Source: an uncultured virus (IMG/VR IMGVR_UViG_3300028595_000010) (taxonomy: Duplodnaviria > Heunggongvirae > Uroviricota > Caudoviricetes). From it: 64,000 nucleotides of DNA. Below the pieces are notes generated by a model. That model was not told the origin of the DNA. It did no database searches and saw only the letters and a program-made list of their open reading frames with translations. The stretch lies in the IMG/VR virus record IMGVR_UViG_3300028595_000010; one strand, given 5' to 3'. The number at the start of each line of letters is the position of its first letter. The stretch's first letter is position 1. Below, one piece after another: positions 47,785-58,348 of this stretch. The position numbers and the translations under genes were made by a program.

Positions 47785-48393
47785 TCAGATGTAGTTTTTT
47801 CAACACGAGAACAACTTACAAATGACTCGCCTTTAATAGGATTTTAATTAAATTTTTTTCTAGAATTTTTAATTTTTCAATCCACTCAATGTGACCTTCC
47901 AGCTACCGCGCAGGTCCATCCGGCCGAAACCCTTCGGGAACTGGGTTTAAACTGAGCTCTAAGCTCACGGGGAGCAAGATGCCAAAGGCAGCTTGTGAAC
48001 GTCAAGTCCAATGGTACCGCGAAGCGGGACATTGGATGAACTTATGAATTGTGACATTATGAGAATAAAAAGATTTCGTTCTCAATTAAAATTTTATTTA
48101 CACTTCTTTGCACACTTCCGCTCCAAATCTGAGTGAGCGGAAAGTGAATAAAAATTTAATATCTTTTAATATATCTTTTAAAGTTCTTTTAAATCGGAAA
48201 TTTTTCAGAACTGGAGTTTCTTATCTTTTTGAGTCGTAGTACTGAAATTCAAAATTAAGTGACTTGTGCCCCGCTTCGCGGTATCACAAACACTTAGCGA
48301 ACCTTAGAAGGTAAGTTCCTATAAGATCGGTACCGAAGCAAAGAAATATTTCAAGGTATATGGAACAAATACTAAAAAAGGAATAATTCAAAA

Positions 48394-48786
48394 ATGACAT
48401 CTAATTACGGATTACTCAAAGAAATTGATATTGAAGTTGCAGATACTCCAGAACTTCGTCAAAAAGGTTTGATGTGGCGTGAACATCTCAATAAAGATAA
48501 TGGGATGTTATTTGATTTTGAAAAACCTATGAAACTTATGTTTTGGGGAAAAAATACAATGATGCCGCTTGATATAGCGTTCATAGATGATGATATGAAG
48601 ATAATAGATATCAATAATATCAAACCGATGTCTACATGCTCTATTATGAGTCCAAGGCCATGTAGATATGCATTAGAAGTTCCTAGAGGCTTTTTTAAAA
48701 GAAACAATATAGGTAAGAATTTTCAATGTAAACATAAAGGATCTAAACTTTCAATATATCACCCTGAAGTTGTATTTGATGTTTAA
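48394..48786 (+). CDS. DUF192 family protein
   Basis: EVADTPE.R.KGLM, GMLF.F, KNT..PLDIAF, YALEV. Confidence 0.85.
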   Translation: MTSNYGLLKEIDIEVADTPELRQKGLMWREHLNKDNGMLFDFEKPMKLMFWGKNTMMPLDIAFIDDDMKIIDINNIKPMSTCSIMSPRPCRYALEVPRGFFKRNNIGKNFQCKHKGSKLSIYHPEVVFDV

Positions 48787-48990
48787 TATTGATAAAAAGA
48801 ACATTTAATAACTATCAATATTTTATCAATTGTACTTCAAAAGAACTATAATAATCAATATTTTATCGTTACTGGGATCCTAGTACCTTTGGTTTTATTA
48901 GGTTTTAATTAGGCGCGCGCGACCGCGAGGATACCCATTAATTCATCCGAGAACTAAATGGCGATTTGAATTTGAAAGGAGTTATTTCTT

Positions 48991-49772
48991 ATGAGTAAAT
49001 ATAGTATATGGTATTATGATCTATGTGAATCTAGAAAATATAGAGATAGATGTGATAATTCAGAAATTCATCACATAACTCCTACATGTTGTGGCGGGGA
49101 AAATACAGATGATAATCTTGTCTGTCTTACATATCGAGAACATTTTATTGCACACTATCTTTTGTATAAGATGTCTATTCATGACAAATATGGAGACACA
49201 TCTAAATTAGCCTGTGCGTTCCATTTTATGAAAGAGAGAGGAAAAAATTCTAGATTCTTTTCAAATTTTGAAAAGGAATTTAAAACGATTCTCTCTAAAA
49301 GATGGAAAAATATTGGAGTAATTCTAAGAATAGAAAAGCTCAATCTCGAAGGACTAAGGCACAATGGAAAAATGACGAATATTCTAAATTCATGGAAACA
49401 GTTAGATCCGAATATTGGGAAAATGAATCTAGTAGAAGAGCCCAATCGCGCAGAGCTATACAACAATTCTCCAATCCTAAAAATGTTAAAAAACATTCAG
49501 AAATTATATCCCGGGCATGGAAAAATCCAGACAAACGACGAACTATGTTGTTATCTAAACCATATCTTAAAGTATACACAATCTATGATCCAAAACAGAA
49601 TTTTGTTGCAAGATGTTTATATAAGAAATTGTTAAAAATTTTACCAGCATCAACATCTTGTATAAATGAAGGCAGGAAAGAATTTAAATGGGGTAGGAAC
49701 AAAGGGTATATAATTGAATGCAAATTAGTAAAAAATTGTTCTGCTGAATACCTCGAAGGAGTTGAATTATGA
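48991..49772 (+). pseudogene. HNH homing endonuclease gene broken by a frameshift near 49295-49302
   Basis: Frame 1 encodes IHHITP.CCGG.N..DNLVCLTYREHFIAH; basic W-containing helical repeats continue in the -1 frame (49302-49772). Confidence 0.7.
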
Positions 49773-50761
49773 GCGATATCAATGATGAGAATATTTCAAA
49801 TTCTCTATGGGTTGAAAAATATAGACCACATAATTTAAATGATGTTGTACTGGAAGATCATCAAAAGAAATTTTTGACTGAATGTTTATCTAAACAAGAA
49901 ATTCCTCATTTGTTATTTGTTGGACCTCCAGGATCTGGAAAAACTACTACTGCCAGGATATTGGTAGATGAGTTGATTAAAGAGGAATCTGATTTAATGC
50001 CTTTGAATGGCTCATCGACGACAGGTATCGATACATTTAGAGATTTAGTTGAGCCATATTTAAAATCTCCTGCATTTATGAGCCCACACAAAATAGTTTT
50101 TGTGGACGAATTTGATTATCTTAGCCTCAATGCCCAAGCAAATCTTCGTCATATAATGGAGAAGTATGCTGAGGTAGGAAGATTCATTTGCACAGCAAAC
50201 TATAAGAGTAAGATTCTACAACCGCTTCATTCTCGTTTTCAAACATTTGAAATGAAGACTATTTCTACTGAGTATGCTGTTAAATATTGCGAGGATATTC
50301 TGAAGGCTGAAGGAGTTGAATACGATAAAAACACCGTTGAATTGGTCGTACAATCGTTGCTACCGGACGTTCGTAAGGTAGTCAATACTCTACAACGAAA
50401 CATTGTAAATGGCAAGCTGACGGGCGTTAACAAGGAAGCAATCACCTCTGTTGAAAAGAAGATTGTTGGGTTGTTTGCTCAGATTTGTGATTCTATTGGA
50501 AAGCCAGAAGCCAGAGGAGTAATCAGCAAGAATATTCCAGCAATCGAAAAAGTTTTCGGTACAGAGGGTGAGCCAGATTATCACGCAGTATATCTCGATC
50601 TGTTCAATGGCGGAATCAAGCCGTGGGCAAAAATAATTGTAAATAAGTACAACAATACCCATTCTGGTTGTGCAGTTCCGCAAATGCATTTTATGGCATG
50701 TGTATGGGAAACCATTCAGGCAGGTGTTGATTATTATAAAGCTTTTGGTAAGAAGAAATGA
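49769..50761 (+). CDS. clamp loader ATPase subunit (RFC small subunit/T4 gp44-like)
   Basis: LWVEKYRP, GPPGSGKTT, DEFD, SRF. Confidence 0.92.
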   Translation: MSDINDENISNSLWVEKYRPHNLNDVVLEDHQKKFLTECLSKQEIPHLLFVGPPGSGKTTTARILVDELIKEESDLMPLNGSSTTGIDTFRDLVEPYLKSPAFMSPHKIVFVDEFDYLSLNAQANLRHIMEKYAEVGRFICTANYKSKILQPLHSRFQTFEMKTISTEYAVKYCEDILKAEGVEYDKNTVELVVQSLLPDVRKVVNTLQRNIVNGKLTGVNKEAITSVEKKIVGLFAQICDSIGKPEARGVISKNIPAIEKVFGTEGEPDYHAVYLDLFNGGIKPWAKIIVNKYNNTHSGCAVPQMHFMACVWETIQAGVDYYKAFGKKK

Positions 50762-51156
50762 AAAGATATGTATGTGGATTTATGTTCGATTCCAAGTATA
50801 ACGAAGTTCTTCTTATCAGAAAGACTAAACCTGTATGGCAACAGGGAAAGTTGAATGGAATTGGTGGAAAAATTGAAAGTGGTGAATCTCCACATGGTGC
50901 CATGGTTCGTGAATTTAAAGAAGAGACTGGTATTGATGCTCCTGTGTGGCACCGAGTATGTGATTTAAGCGGATCAGACTGGCATGTAATATTTTACTGG
51001 TGTCATGGAGATATACATTCAGCTAAAGCCACTACTAATGAACAGCCAATTGTAGTTAGTGCTAAGGCACTTCCAGACAATATTATTCCGAATCTGTCTT
51101 GGTTAGTTCCACTAGCAAGTGATAGGACTACAGATAAGGATAAAATTTACAAATGA
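50758..51156 (+). CDS. Nudix hydrolase
   Basis: GGKIESGESPHGAMVREFKEETG Nudix box. Confidence 0.9.
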   Translation: MKRYVCGFMFDSKYNEVLLIRKTKPVWQQGKLNGIGGKIESGESPHGAMVREFKEETGIDAPVWHRVCDLSGSDWHVIFYWCHGDIHSAKATTNEQPIVVSAKALPDNIIPNLSWLVPLASDRTTDKDKIYK

Positions 51157-51590
51157 AACAAGATATCCTCTATTTAAAATCTCATGATACATTCTATCAA
51201 ATGACTAAGGTAGATGATGATTGTATTCATGCCGTAAAGATTAGAAAGGATTCTAAAGTTCGTGCTGACTATCTTATGTGGTCATTAGCAGGAGGAACTA
51301 GCAGACACTACATAGTCATTTCTGACGAAAAACATCCTGTTGTAGAATTTAGAACATGGGACAATGATACAGGAATCAAATGTAAACTTATCTCATTTAA
51401 ATTTAAACGTCGTCAATTGATCATTAAGTTTATCAAAATTAATCATGTGGTGGACGATTTTGTTAAAATAGTTATGCCGTTAACTAGACAGATGTTTCCA
51501 AGTATAATTGCGAAGGATCTAGTTGGTGTGGAATCTTTACCGCAAGGAGCTTTCGCTCTATATAACAAACTAACGGAAGATGAAGAATGA
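51153..51590 (+). CDS. hypothetical protein
   Basis: 145 aa; C-terminal MPLTRQMFPSIIAKDLVGVE segment. Confidence 0.6.
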   Translation: MKQDILYLKSHDTFYQMTKVDDDCIHAVKIRKDSKVRADYLMWSLAGGTSRHYIVISDEKHPVVEFRTWDNDTGIKCKLISFKFKRRQLIIKFIKINHVVDDFVKIVMPLTRQMFPSIIAKDLVGVESLPQGAFALYNKLTEDEE

Positions 51591-52045
51591 AGATAAAAGT
51601 AATTACCATTCAAGCTGATTTTATAACTCCTAATGGGAGAATGTACCCTAAAGCTGTATTAGAGAAAGCTATAGCTGAGTACAAGAAAAATCTGATAGAT
51701 GAGAAAAAATCATTACTTCAATTATGTGCGTCTGGTGAAAATACAGACTTTCGAATGAGTGTTGGTTTAGTAACAGACATGCATATTGACGATGAAGGAT
51801 TTATCAATGTTGAAGCTGAACCATTTGACCGAAAGGAAGTCATGTTCAATGCAATCAAAGCTTTAGACCTAGTAGGAATAGGGGAAGCTAATGGTTCAGG
51901 AGAAATTATTGATTACGAAATTCTATATCCGTATCAAGTAGATACTCCCGAAGATCTCCAACGAATAGAAGAAGAATCTCTGGCTGTGTTTGAAAAATTA
52001 GCAGCTAAAATGAAAGAGGAACAAGAAGAAGATGATGAATCCTAA
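51587..52045 (+). CDS. prohead protease (T4 gp21)-like protein, probably degenerate
   Basis: QAD..TPNGRMYPKAVLEKAI N-terminal motif; GELxHP and SSRG motifs not visible. Confidence 0.55.
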   Translation: MKIKVITIQADFITPNGRMYPKAVLEKAIAEYKKNLIDEKKSLLQLCASGENTDFRMSVGLVTDMHIDDEGFINVEAEPFDRKEVMFNAIKALDLVGIGEANGSGEIIDYEILYPYQVDTPEDLQRIEEESLAVFEKLAAKMKEEQEEDDES

Positions 52046-52571
52046 ATGGGCATTTTGCTTTTGTGATTTTGAAACAACAGGAATTGCTAAAGAATCTCTA
52101 CCAATTGAAGTTGGATGTATATGGACAGATTATACATTCGCAACTATTGAAACATATAGTCAATTAACTCCGTGGCCATCATTTAAAGAAGATGATCATT
52201 GGAAGGAAGAATTCATGTCTGCTTATGACGTTCATAAGATAAGATGGGAAGAAATGTGGAAAGAAGGAAAAGATGTTGGAGATGCGGCAATACATATCCA
52301 TGAAGTAAATCAAAGATTACTTAAAAAATATCAAAGAATAATTCTTCTATCTGACAATGCTAAGTTTGAAACTTTTCATATGGAGAAGATGTTTGAAGCT
52401 GCTGGATTGGATTGGAACTTTCATTATTGCACATGGGATTCTAGCACACTATTAGAGGCAACAGGTGTAGGAGATCCTAAACCAGAGCATAGAGCTTTTA
52501 GAGATGCTGCATTATTGCAAGTTGCAATGATCAAAGCAATGGATCGAACACGGAATTTAAGAGATGGATAA
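52032..52571 (+). CDS. DEDDh 3'-5' exonuclease
   Basis: DFETTG, NAKFE, HRAFRDA. Confidence 0.8.
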   Translation: MMNPKWAFCFCDFETTGIAKESLPIEVGCIWTDYTFATIETYSQLTPWPSFKEDDHWKEEFMSAYDVHKIRWEEMWKEGKDVGDAAIHIHEVNQRLLKKYQRIILLSDNAKFETFHMEKMFEAAGLDWNFHYCTWDSSTLLEATGVGDPKPEHRAFRDAALLQVAMIKAMDRTRNLRDG

Positions 52572-53508
52572 ACATGATAAGATAGCCGTATTAGGCTCTA
52601 ACGGAATGGTTGGATCTGCAATCGTTCGTAAGCTACTAGAAAAAGGGCATACGAACATTCTAGAGATTGATTTTGATCAATGTAACCTTCTAAGACAAGA
52701 GGATGTCGAGTCATTGTTTAAGCGGGAACGTCCAGATTATGTGATGATTGCAGCTGCTAGAGTTGGCGGAATAATTGCAAACTCGATGTATCCCGCACAA
52801 TTCATTTATGATAACTTAATGATTCAATCTAACGTAATTCATAGCGCACATCTATATGACGTTAAGAAGTTATTGTTTTTAGGATCTTCTTGTATATATC
52901 CAAAGATGGCACCTCAACCGATCAAGGAAGAATCTTTGCTGACCGGACCGTTAGAACCATCAAATGAAGCTTATGCCATAGCTAAGATTGCCGGATTGAA
53001 AATGTGTGATCATTATCGAAAGCAATATGGGGATAACTTCATTTCAGCAATGCCTACCAACTTGTATGGGTATGGAGATAACTTTAATTATAAGAATTCT
53101 CATGTCATTCCTGGTCTTATGCGTAGATTGCATGAGGCCACACTTAACAGTTACAATATTATGGAATGTTGGGGAACAGGAAAACCAACTAGAGAGTTCT
53201 TATTTGTTGATGATTTAGCAGATGCATTACTCTTTATGATGGATAACTTTGATGGTCCTGGATTCCTCAATATTGGCACCGGAGTAGAGATATCAATTAG
53301 AGATCTTGCGGAATTGATTGCTGATATTGTGGGATATGATAGGAAGATTTTATGGGATAAGAGTAAACCAGATGGTACTCCAAGAAAAGTAGTTGATACA
53401 ACAAAAATTAATGATCTCGGATGGAAACATAAAACTGATCTTAGAGTAGGACTTGAAAAAACTTATAAATGGTTCCTTGAGAATCGAGATAAGATAAGGT
53501 GGTTTTAA
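52564..53508 (+). CDS. fcl: GDP-L-fucose synthase
   Basis: [50 protein letters not shown]. Confidence 0.95.
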   Translation: MDKHDKIAVLGSNGMVGSAIVRKLLEKGHTNILEIDFDQCNLLRQEDVESLFKRERPDYVMIAAARVGGIIANSMYPAQFIYDNLMIQSNVIHSAHLYDVKKLLFLGSSCIYPKMAPQPIKEESLLTGPLEPSNEAYAIAKIAGLKMCDHYRKQYGDNFISAMPTNLYGYGDNFNYKNSHVIPGLMRRLHEATLNSYNIMECWGTGKPTREFLFVDDLADALLFMMDNFDGPGFLNIGTGVEISIRDLAELIADIVGYDRKILWDKSKPDGTPRKVVDTTKINDLGWKHKTDLRVGLEKTYKWFLENRDKIRWF

Positions 53509-53510
53509 AT

Positions 53511-54596
53511 ATGAAAGTAGCATTAATCACAGGAGTTACAGGTCAGGATGGTGCATACCTATCTGAATTCCTATTGAAAAAAGGATATATAGTTCACGGC
53601 ATTAAACGTCGAGCATCATCATTTAATACTGATCGAGTTGATAAACTATATCAAGATCCTCATATAAAAGATCGAAATTTTATCCTTCATTATGGTGATC
53701 TATCAGATGCTACTAATCTGATTAGAATAATTCAAGAAACACAACCAGATGAAGTCTACAATCTTGGAGCTCAATCTCACGTCAAAGTTTCATTCGAGAC
53801 TCCTGAGTATACAGCAAATGTTGATGGATTGGGGACCATGCGCCTATTAGAAGCAATTAGAATGTGTGGACTTATTGATTCAACACGATTTTATCAAGCA
53901 TCAACTTCTGAATTGTATGGTAAAGTTCGAGAAATGCCTCAGTCAGAAACAACTCCATTTTATCCAAGATCTCCATATGCTGTAGCTAAGATGTATGCTT
54001 ACTGGATAACAGTAAATTATCGTGAAGCTTATGGTCTTTATGCATGTAATGGAATTCTATTCAATCATGAGTCTCCCATGCGCGGTGAGACCTTTGTGAC
54101 ACGAAAAATTACTAGAGGACTTGCCCGAATTAAACTTGGTATGCAAGATTGTCTATACATGGGGAATATTGATGCCAAACGAGATTGGGGTCATGCGAGA
54201 GACTACATTGAAGCAATGTGGTTAATGTTACAGCAAGAGAAAGCAGATGATTTTGTCATTGCTACCGGAGAACAACAATCAGTTCGTAAATTTATTGAAG
54301 TAGCATCTGCTAAACTTGGAATGGATATTATGTGGGGAGCAACTGGTATAGATGAAACTGGGATTGATAAAAATACTGGAAAAACAATTGTCAGAATTGA
54401 TCCTAAATATTTCAGACCGACTGAAGTGGAAACACTTTTAGGAAATCCATCAAAAGCTAAACTTAAACTTGGTTGGGAACCTAAGATAAGCTTTGATCAA
54501 TTAGTAGAAGAAATGATTCAACATGATCTTCTCTTAGCTGCAAAAGATCAAATGTGTGAGAAAGAAGGTTATCCCACATTTAAATATCATGAATAA
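53511..54596 (+). CDS. gmd: GDP-mannose 4,6-dehydratase
   Basis: [48 protein letters not shown]. Confidence 0.96.
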   Translation: MKVALITGVTGQDGAYLSEFLLKKGYIVHGIKRRASSFNTDRVDKLYQDPHIKDRNFILHYGDLSDATNLIRIIQETQPDEVYNLGAQSHVKVSFETPEYTANVDGLGTMRLLEAIRMCGLIDSTRFYQASTSELYGKVREMPQSETTPFYPRSPYAVAKMYAYWITVNYREAYGLYACNGILFNHESPMRGETFVTRKITRGLARIKLGMQDCLYMGNIDAKRDWGHARDYIEAMWLMLQQEKADDFVIATGEQQSVRKFIEVASAKLGMDIMWGATGIDETGIDKNTGKTIVRIDPKYFRPTEVETLLGNPSKAKLKLGWEPKISFDQLVEEMIQHDLLLAAKDQMCEKEGYPTFKYHE

Positions 54597-54666
54597 ATTA
54601 GCAGAACTAAAAAGTTTAATTAAAGAACTAATTATAAACAATATAGTCATTTAAAGGATTATCTTA

Positions 54667-55656
54667 ATGGATGTAGATCGTCTCAGACAAATTCTCAAAG
54701 ACAAAAATTTATATGTCAAAGAGAATTCAAAGAATATTATAGCGATCTGTCCAATATGTGGGGATCATCCAAATCCTGCCAAGAAAGGTCATTTGTGGAT
54801 TTCCACAGATCCATCTATTCCTGTAGCCCATTGCTTTATTGGGAATCATCCAGCAGTCACAATCAATCAATTGATTTATGATATCACGGGCGATAAGGGA
54901 ATTAGTGAAAGTATCATTTCAAAAGAAGAAATAAAGAAATCTCAAAAAGAGGCTAGCATAAAAAGGAGTAACAAACTCAAAGAGTTTGAGATTCCTGAAT
55001 TATCGGCCAAAGCTCATCAAAGAAAAGAATGGTATATCAGGAAGAGAAGTAATAATCAACTTACCTCAAAAGATATTCCTAATTTGATTTTTGATTTTAA
55101 GGAGTTTTTCAATTGTAATCACCTTCAGAATGTAGCTGAAGAAAAAGTAGGCACCTTTATTGATATTCTGCAAAAAAATTACATTGGAATTGTAACTAGA
55201 AATAATACGATGTTGTGGTGCAGAAATTGTGATTCATCTGCCATATACAAGTTCCAGAAGATTGTTCTACAAGAATCTAGTTTATCACTATTGGATTATA
55301 TTTATCTTCCTGGTGGTGATCCAGCTAGTGATAAAGTAGTATTAGCAGAAGGACCATTTGATATCATAGGAGAATATGCAACCGATTCTTTGAGGTTGAG
55401 GAGCAAGGCTAGAATATATGCGGCAGGATTATCGTTTTCATATCCAGCGCTATTGAAATCAGTTTGTTATGATGAGACATTGTTCAGATCAAGTGTGACC
55501 ATTCTGAGCGATGATAATAAGAAACCATATCTGTATAAAAAGCTGAAACGTCAGCATGCATATCTGATAAACAAAGTAAAGCTGTTCTACAATAATCATC
55601 CGGGCGGAGATTTTGGTTCATTTCCAGTAAAACCGTTTGAAGTTAGGATAGCATAA
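54667..55656 (+). CDS. putative DNA primase (Zn finger plus TOPRIM)
   Basis: CPICGD...H...HC Zn site; LAEGPFD and SDDN TOPRIM-like motifs. Confidence 0.7.
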   Translation: MDVDRLRQILKDKNLYVKENSKNIIAICPICGDHPNPAKKGHLWISTDPSIPVAHCFIGNHPAVTINQLIYDITGDKGISESIISKEEIKKSQKEASIKRSNKLKEFEIPELSAKAHQRKEWYIRKRSNNQLTSKDIPNLIFDFKEFFNCNHLQNVAEEKVGTFIDILQKNYIGIVTRNNTMLWCRNCDSSAIYKFQKIVLQESSLSLLDYIYLPGGDPASDKVVLAEGPFDIIGEYATDSLRLRSKARIYAAGLSFSYPALLKSVCYDETLFRSSVTILSDDNKKPYLYKKLKRQHAYLINKVKLFYNNHPGGDFGSFPVKPFEVRIA

Positions 55657-55791
55657 TGTTTGTATGGACATCAGATTTTAGAGAATATTAAAGTTAGAAT
55701 CAAGTTCACTGATTACATAGAAGGTCACTCAACAACTGACCTAATTAAAAGGATCCAGAATTTAAAATTGAGAACAAATAATAAAAAATAG
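55657..55791 (+). pseudogene. remnant of a cytidylyltransferase-family (RfaE domain II-like) C-terminus
   Basis: Open frame after the primase stop reads ...IKFTDYIEGHSTTDLIKRIQN; no ATG. Confidence 0.45.
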
Positions 55792-55798
55792 AGGTATA

Positions 55799-56164
55799 AT
55801 GATGCCTTCAACAGATAAAGTTATTGCCGACCTTTATAATGAATGTTCGAGCAATAAAGATGAGAATGTAAACATCACAAATGATATTCAAGATATACTC
55901 GAATATTGTGAAAAACATAACCGATTAACTGAACATGACGGAAATTTTTTTGCATTTGTTAAATCTATGAGTGGAAAACGACAAGCCATTCGTATGATTT
56001 ATGCAATTCGTCAAGGAAAAAAGAAAGTATTTAACGTTGAAAATATTATGAAGCTCATTCGTGAAATTGAAAGATCCCTAGTATTTGTTGACAGAACAAA
56101 AACTAAAGAGCAAGATGGATTTTTTTATCTTGACATTATTAAAGAACTACCACAAAGGAGTTAA
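55799..56164 (+). CDS. hypothetical protein
   Basis: 121 aa, GAGGT RBS, upstream AGAACAAAT. Confidence 0.65.
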   Translation: MMPSTDKVIADLYNECSSNKDENVNITNDIQDILEYCEKHNRLTEHDGNFFAFVKSMSGKRQAIRMIYAIRQGKKKVFNVENIMKLIREIERSLVFVDRTKTKEQDGFFYLDIIKELPQRS

Positions 56165-56169
56165 TTGAA

Positions 56170-57090
56170 ATGGATGATCTGAATTTGGCCGATTTCGACT
56201 TGGGAGATGGTGAAAGTCTGGAAGCAGACAATCTCGCAGCTGATCTCGCAGAGGATGATTCTGTAATGGATGCAACAGTGGAAGATATGGAGGAAGATTC
56301 CTCGGACGGGCTTGAAACTGTTACCAAATCAAATTCATCTCAACTAAGCATTGAAAGAGAAGAGTTTAACAAATTCATCAACTGTGTTAAACTGATTGTT
56401 GAATCAGATTGCACAGATTGTGATATTGTCGATGGAGTTATTCGTCAATTGGCAAATAACCGTCGATCTATAATCAAAGTGAATTTGAGCGGCATTTTGG
56501 GAGATGTTAATCTTCCAATTAGCAATGCTGTTCAAAAAGTAGCTTTGCTAAAAACATTCGAACTCGATGACACCATGGAAGATGAAGGTGGTGTTGATAT
56601 TGAGGTCGAAGACAAAAAGATCAGATTCCAAGACAGCTATGGACATGTGTCCTTCAACAAGCCATTGCGCAAGATGTTGGATAACAAATTCATGGAAGAC
56701 GAAGAATTTGATAAGAAAATTGAAATTGCAGATGATAAGATGATTTTGGAATGCACCATTCCAAATTATCTTGCAAAAAGACGCATTAAGAGTATTTGCG
56801 ATGTTGTTAAGACAGACGTAATTACAGTAAAAATCAAAAAGAATAAAGCATCCATCGATATCGTAACACCTGATATCAAGTCAACGGTCGTTAAGAATTT
56901 GGATCTGGTAGAGGGCTCAAAGCTCTCAGATTGTAGCTTCGAAATGTTACTACTTCCGTTTGCTATGGATGTTTCATCAGACATTATGTTTAAGGTATAT
57001 CAGCTTTCAAAGAAGAAGTTGCTTTGTACCTTTGACCTAAATTATCTAAAAGTTCCTGTCAGCATCTATATGATCACACAGGTAAATTAA
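56170..57090 (+). CDS. putative sliding clamp with acidic N-terminal extension
   Basis: Size, alpha/beta periodicity and replication context only. Confidence 0.4.
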   Translation: MDDLNLADFDLGDGESLEADNLAADLAEDDSVMDATVEDMEEDSSDGLETVTKSNSSQLSIEREEFNKFINCVKLIVESDCTDCDIVDGVIRQLANNRRSIIKVNLSGILGDVNLPISNAVQKVALLKTFELDDTMEDEGGVDIEVEDKKIRFQDSYGHVSFNKPLRKMLDNKFMEDEEFDKKIEIADDKMILECTIPNYLAKRRIKSICDVVKTDVITVKIKKNKASIDIVTPDIKSTVVKNLDLVEGSKLSDCSFEMLLLPFAMDVSSDIMFKVYQLSKKKLLCTFDLNYLKVPVSIYMITQVN

Positions 57091-57105
57091 TCTTTGTGGT
57101 TGTTC

Positions 57106-57141
57106 AAACGCCCTTCTGGTGAAAGCTGGAAGGGCGTTTTT
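57106..57141 (+). terminator. intrinsic terminator
   Basis: AAACGCCCTTC / GAAGGGCGTTTTT. Confidence 0.75.
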
Positions 57142-57163
57142 CACGACATTTTAGGAGTTATTA

Positions 57164-58339
57164 ATGCATATCTCGCAGCTCATAAACTACTATCCTAAAT
57201 ACGAATACCTTGATAATGCTCTATCTATGTGTGGTAAAGAGAAGTTAAATATCTTTCTCGATCTCAAGGGATGTATGCAATCAATGTATCAAGAGTGGGC
57301 AATTAGATATGTGATTGAACAATCCCGAGGAAGAATGCTTGATCATTCCCTTTTTTCATCTCTACTGGAATTTATTGCATGGCATCGTAAATATAGAGGG
57401 AAAAGACATATTGAGATGAATTTCTATATCTTCTTTGAACAAGGTAAATCTCAATATCATAAGAAGATTCATAGCGAATACAAAGCTAATAGAAATTCTT
57501 GTTTCTTCGGGTTGGATGCAGAAAGTAGAGAGTTATTTTTTCAAACACTTGATAGAAATCTTGAAGTTATATGGAAAGTGTGCTCTAAACTTCCAGATGT
57601 ATCATGCACACATCTTAATTTCACGGAAGCTGATTTTGTGCCTTATTATCTTCAAGAGTATGTCATAAATTGTCATGATGCTTGCAATATCATCTATTCG
57701 GCAGATAAAGATATGTTGCAATGTTTGGCTCATGAAAATACATTTCAATATTTTAAAGTTGCCAAACAGGCAAAAATGATCAGTAGAGATACAATGTGGC
57801 AACATTTCTTTAAAACAGAAGATCATGTGCCAGTCAGTATAGATATGTTTCCAATTGCATTAGCAATCATTGGGGATGAAGGAGATGGATTCTCTGGGCC
57901 ACATATACTGAAAACAGTAAAAAGCGGAAAGCAAAGAAAACAAGGAGTTGGACCAGTAGGATTGAAAAATGTTCTTCCATTGATTGAGAAGATTACAGGC
58001 GGAGCAAATCAAATTTTCGATAACATCGAAGCGGGAAATTCAATTTGGTTAAAGAAGCCCTTAGATGGATTAGGATCTAAAGATCGAAAGATAATGAAGC
58101 TTCTTTATGATCAAGAAGATATAGTTGTAAGAAATATTCGGCTTGCGTCCTACGAGCTATTATCTAGGTATGTAAGAGAAAACTATCCGATTGACAGAAT
58201 CAAGCTTCGAGAAAGTATTGAAAGCTCTGTTATAGATCAGAACAAAATTAAAAGTGGAAGGGTTCTCCACGCTGCTTTGGATAAGGCAGGATTGATGCCT
58301 GTTGTACAAGAGCAGACGGTCTATAATCTATTTTTGTGA
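57164..58339 (+). CDS. 5'-3' exonuclease/flap endonuclease (T4 RNase H-like)
   Basis: YKANR, EADF, SADKDMLQ, IIGDEGDG. Confidence 0.8.
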   Translation: MHISQLINYYPKYEYLDNALSMCGKEKLNIFLDLKGCMQSMYQEWAIRYVIEQSRGRMLDHSLFSSLLEFIAWHRKYRGKRHIEMNFYIFFEQGKSQYHKKIHSEYKANRNSCFFGLDAESRELFFQTLDRNLEVIWKVCSKLPDVSCTHLNFTEADFVPYYLQEYVINCHDACNIIYSADKDMLQCLAHENTFQYFKVAKQAKMISRDTMWQHFFKTEDHVPVSIDMFPIALAIIGDEGDGFSGPHILKTVKSGKQRKQGVGPVGLKNVLPLIEKITGGANQIFDNIEAGNSIWLKKPLDGLGSKDRKIMKLLYDQEDIVVRNIRLASYELLSRYVRENYPIDRIKLRESIESSVIDQNKIKSGRVLHAALDKAGLMPVVQEQTVYNLFL

Positions 58340-58348
58340 GCAAACATT

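Noticed and set aside
49241..49255. Programmed -1 frameshift at A_AAA_AAT in the HNH gene
   Set aside because: The -1 frame hits TAG two codons later.
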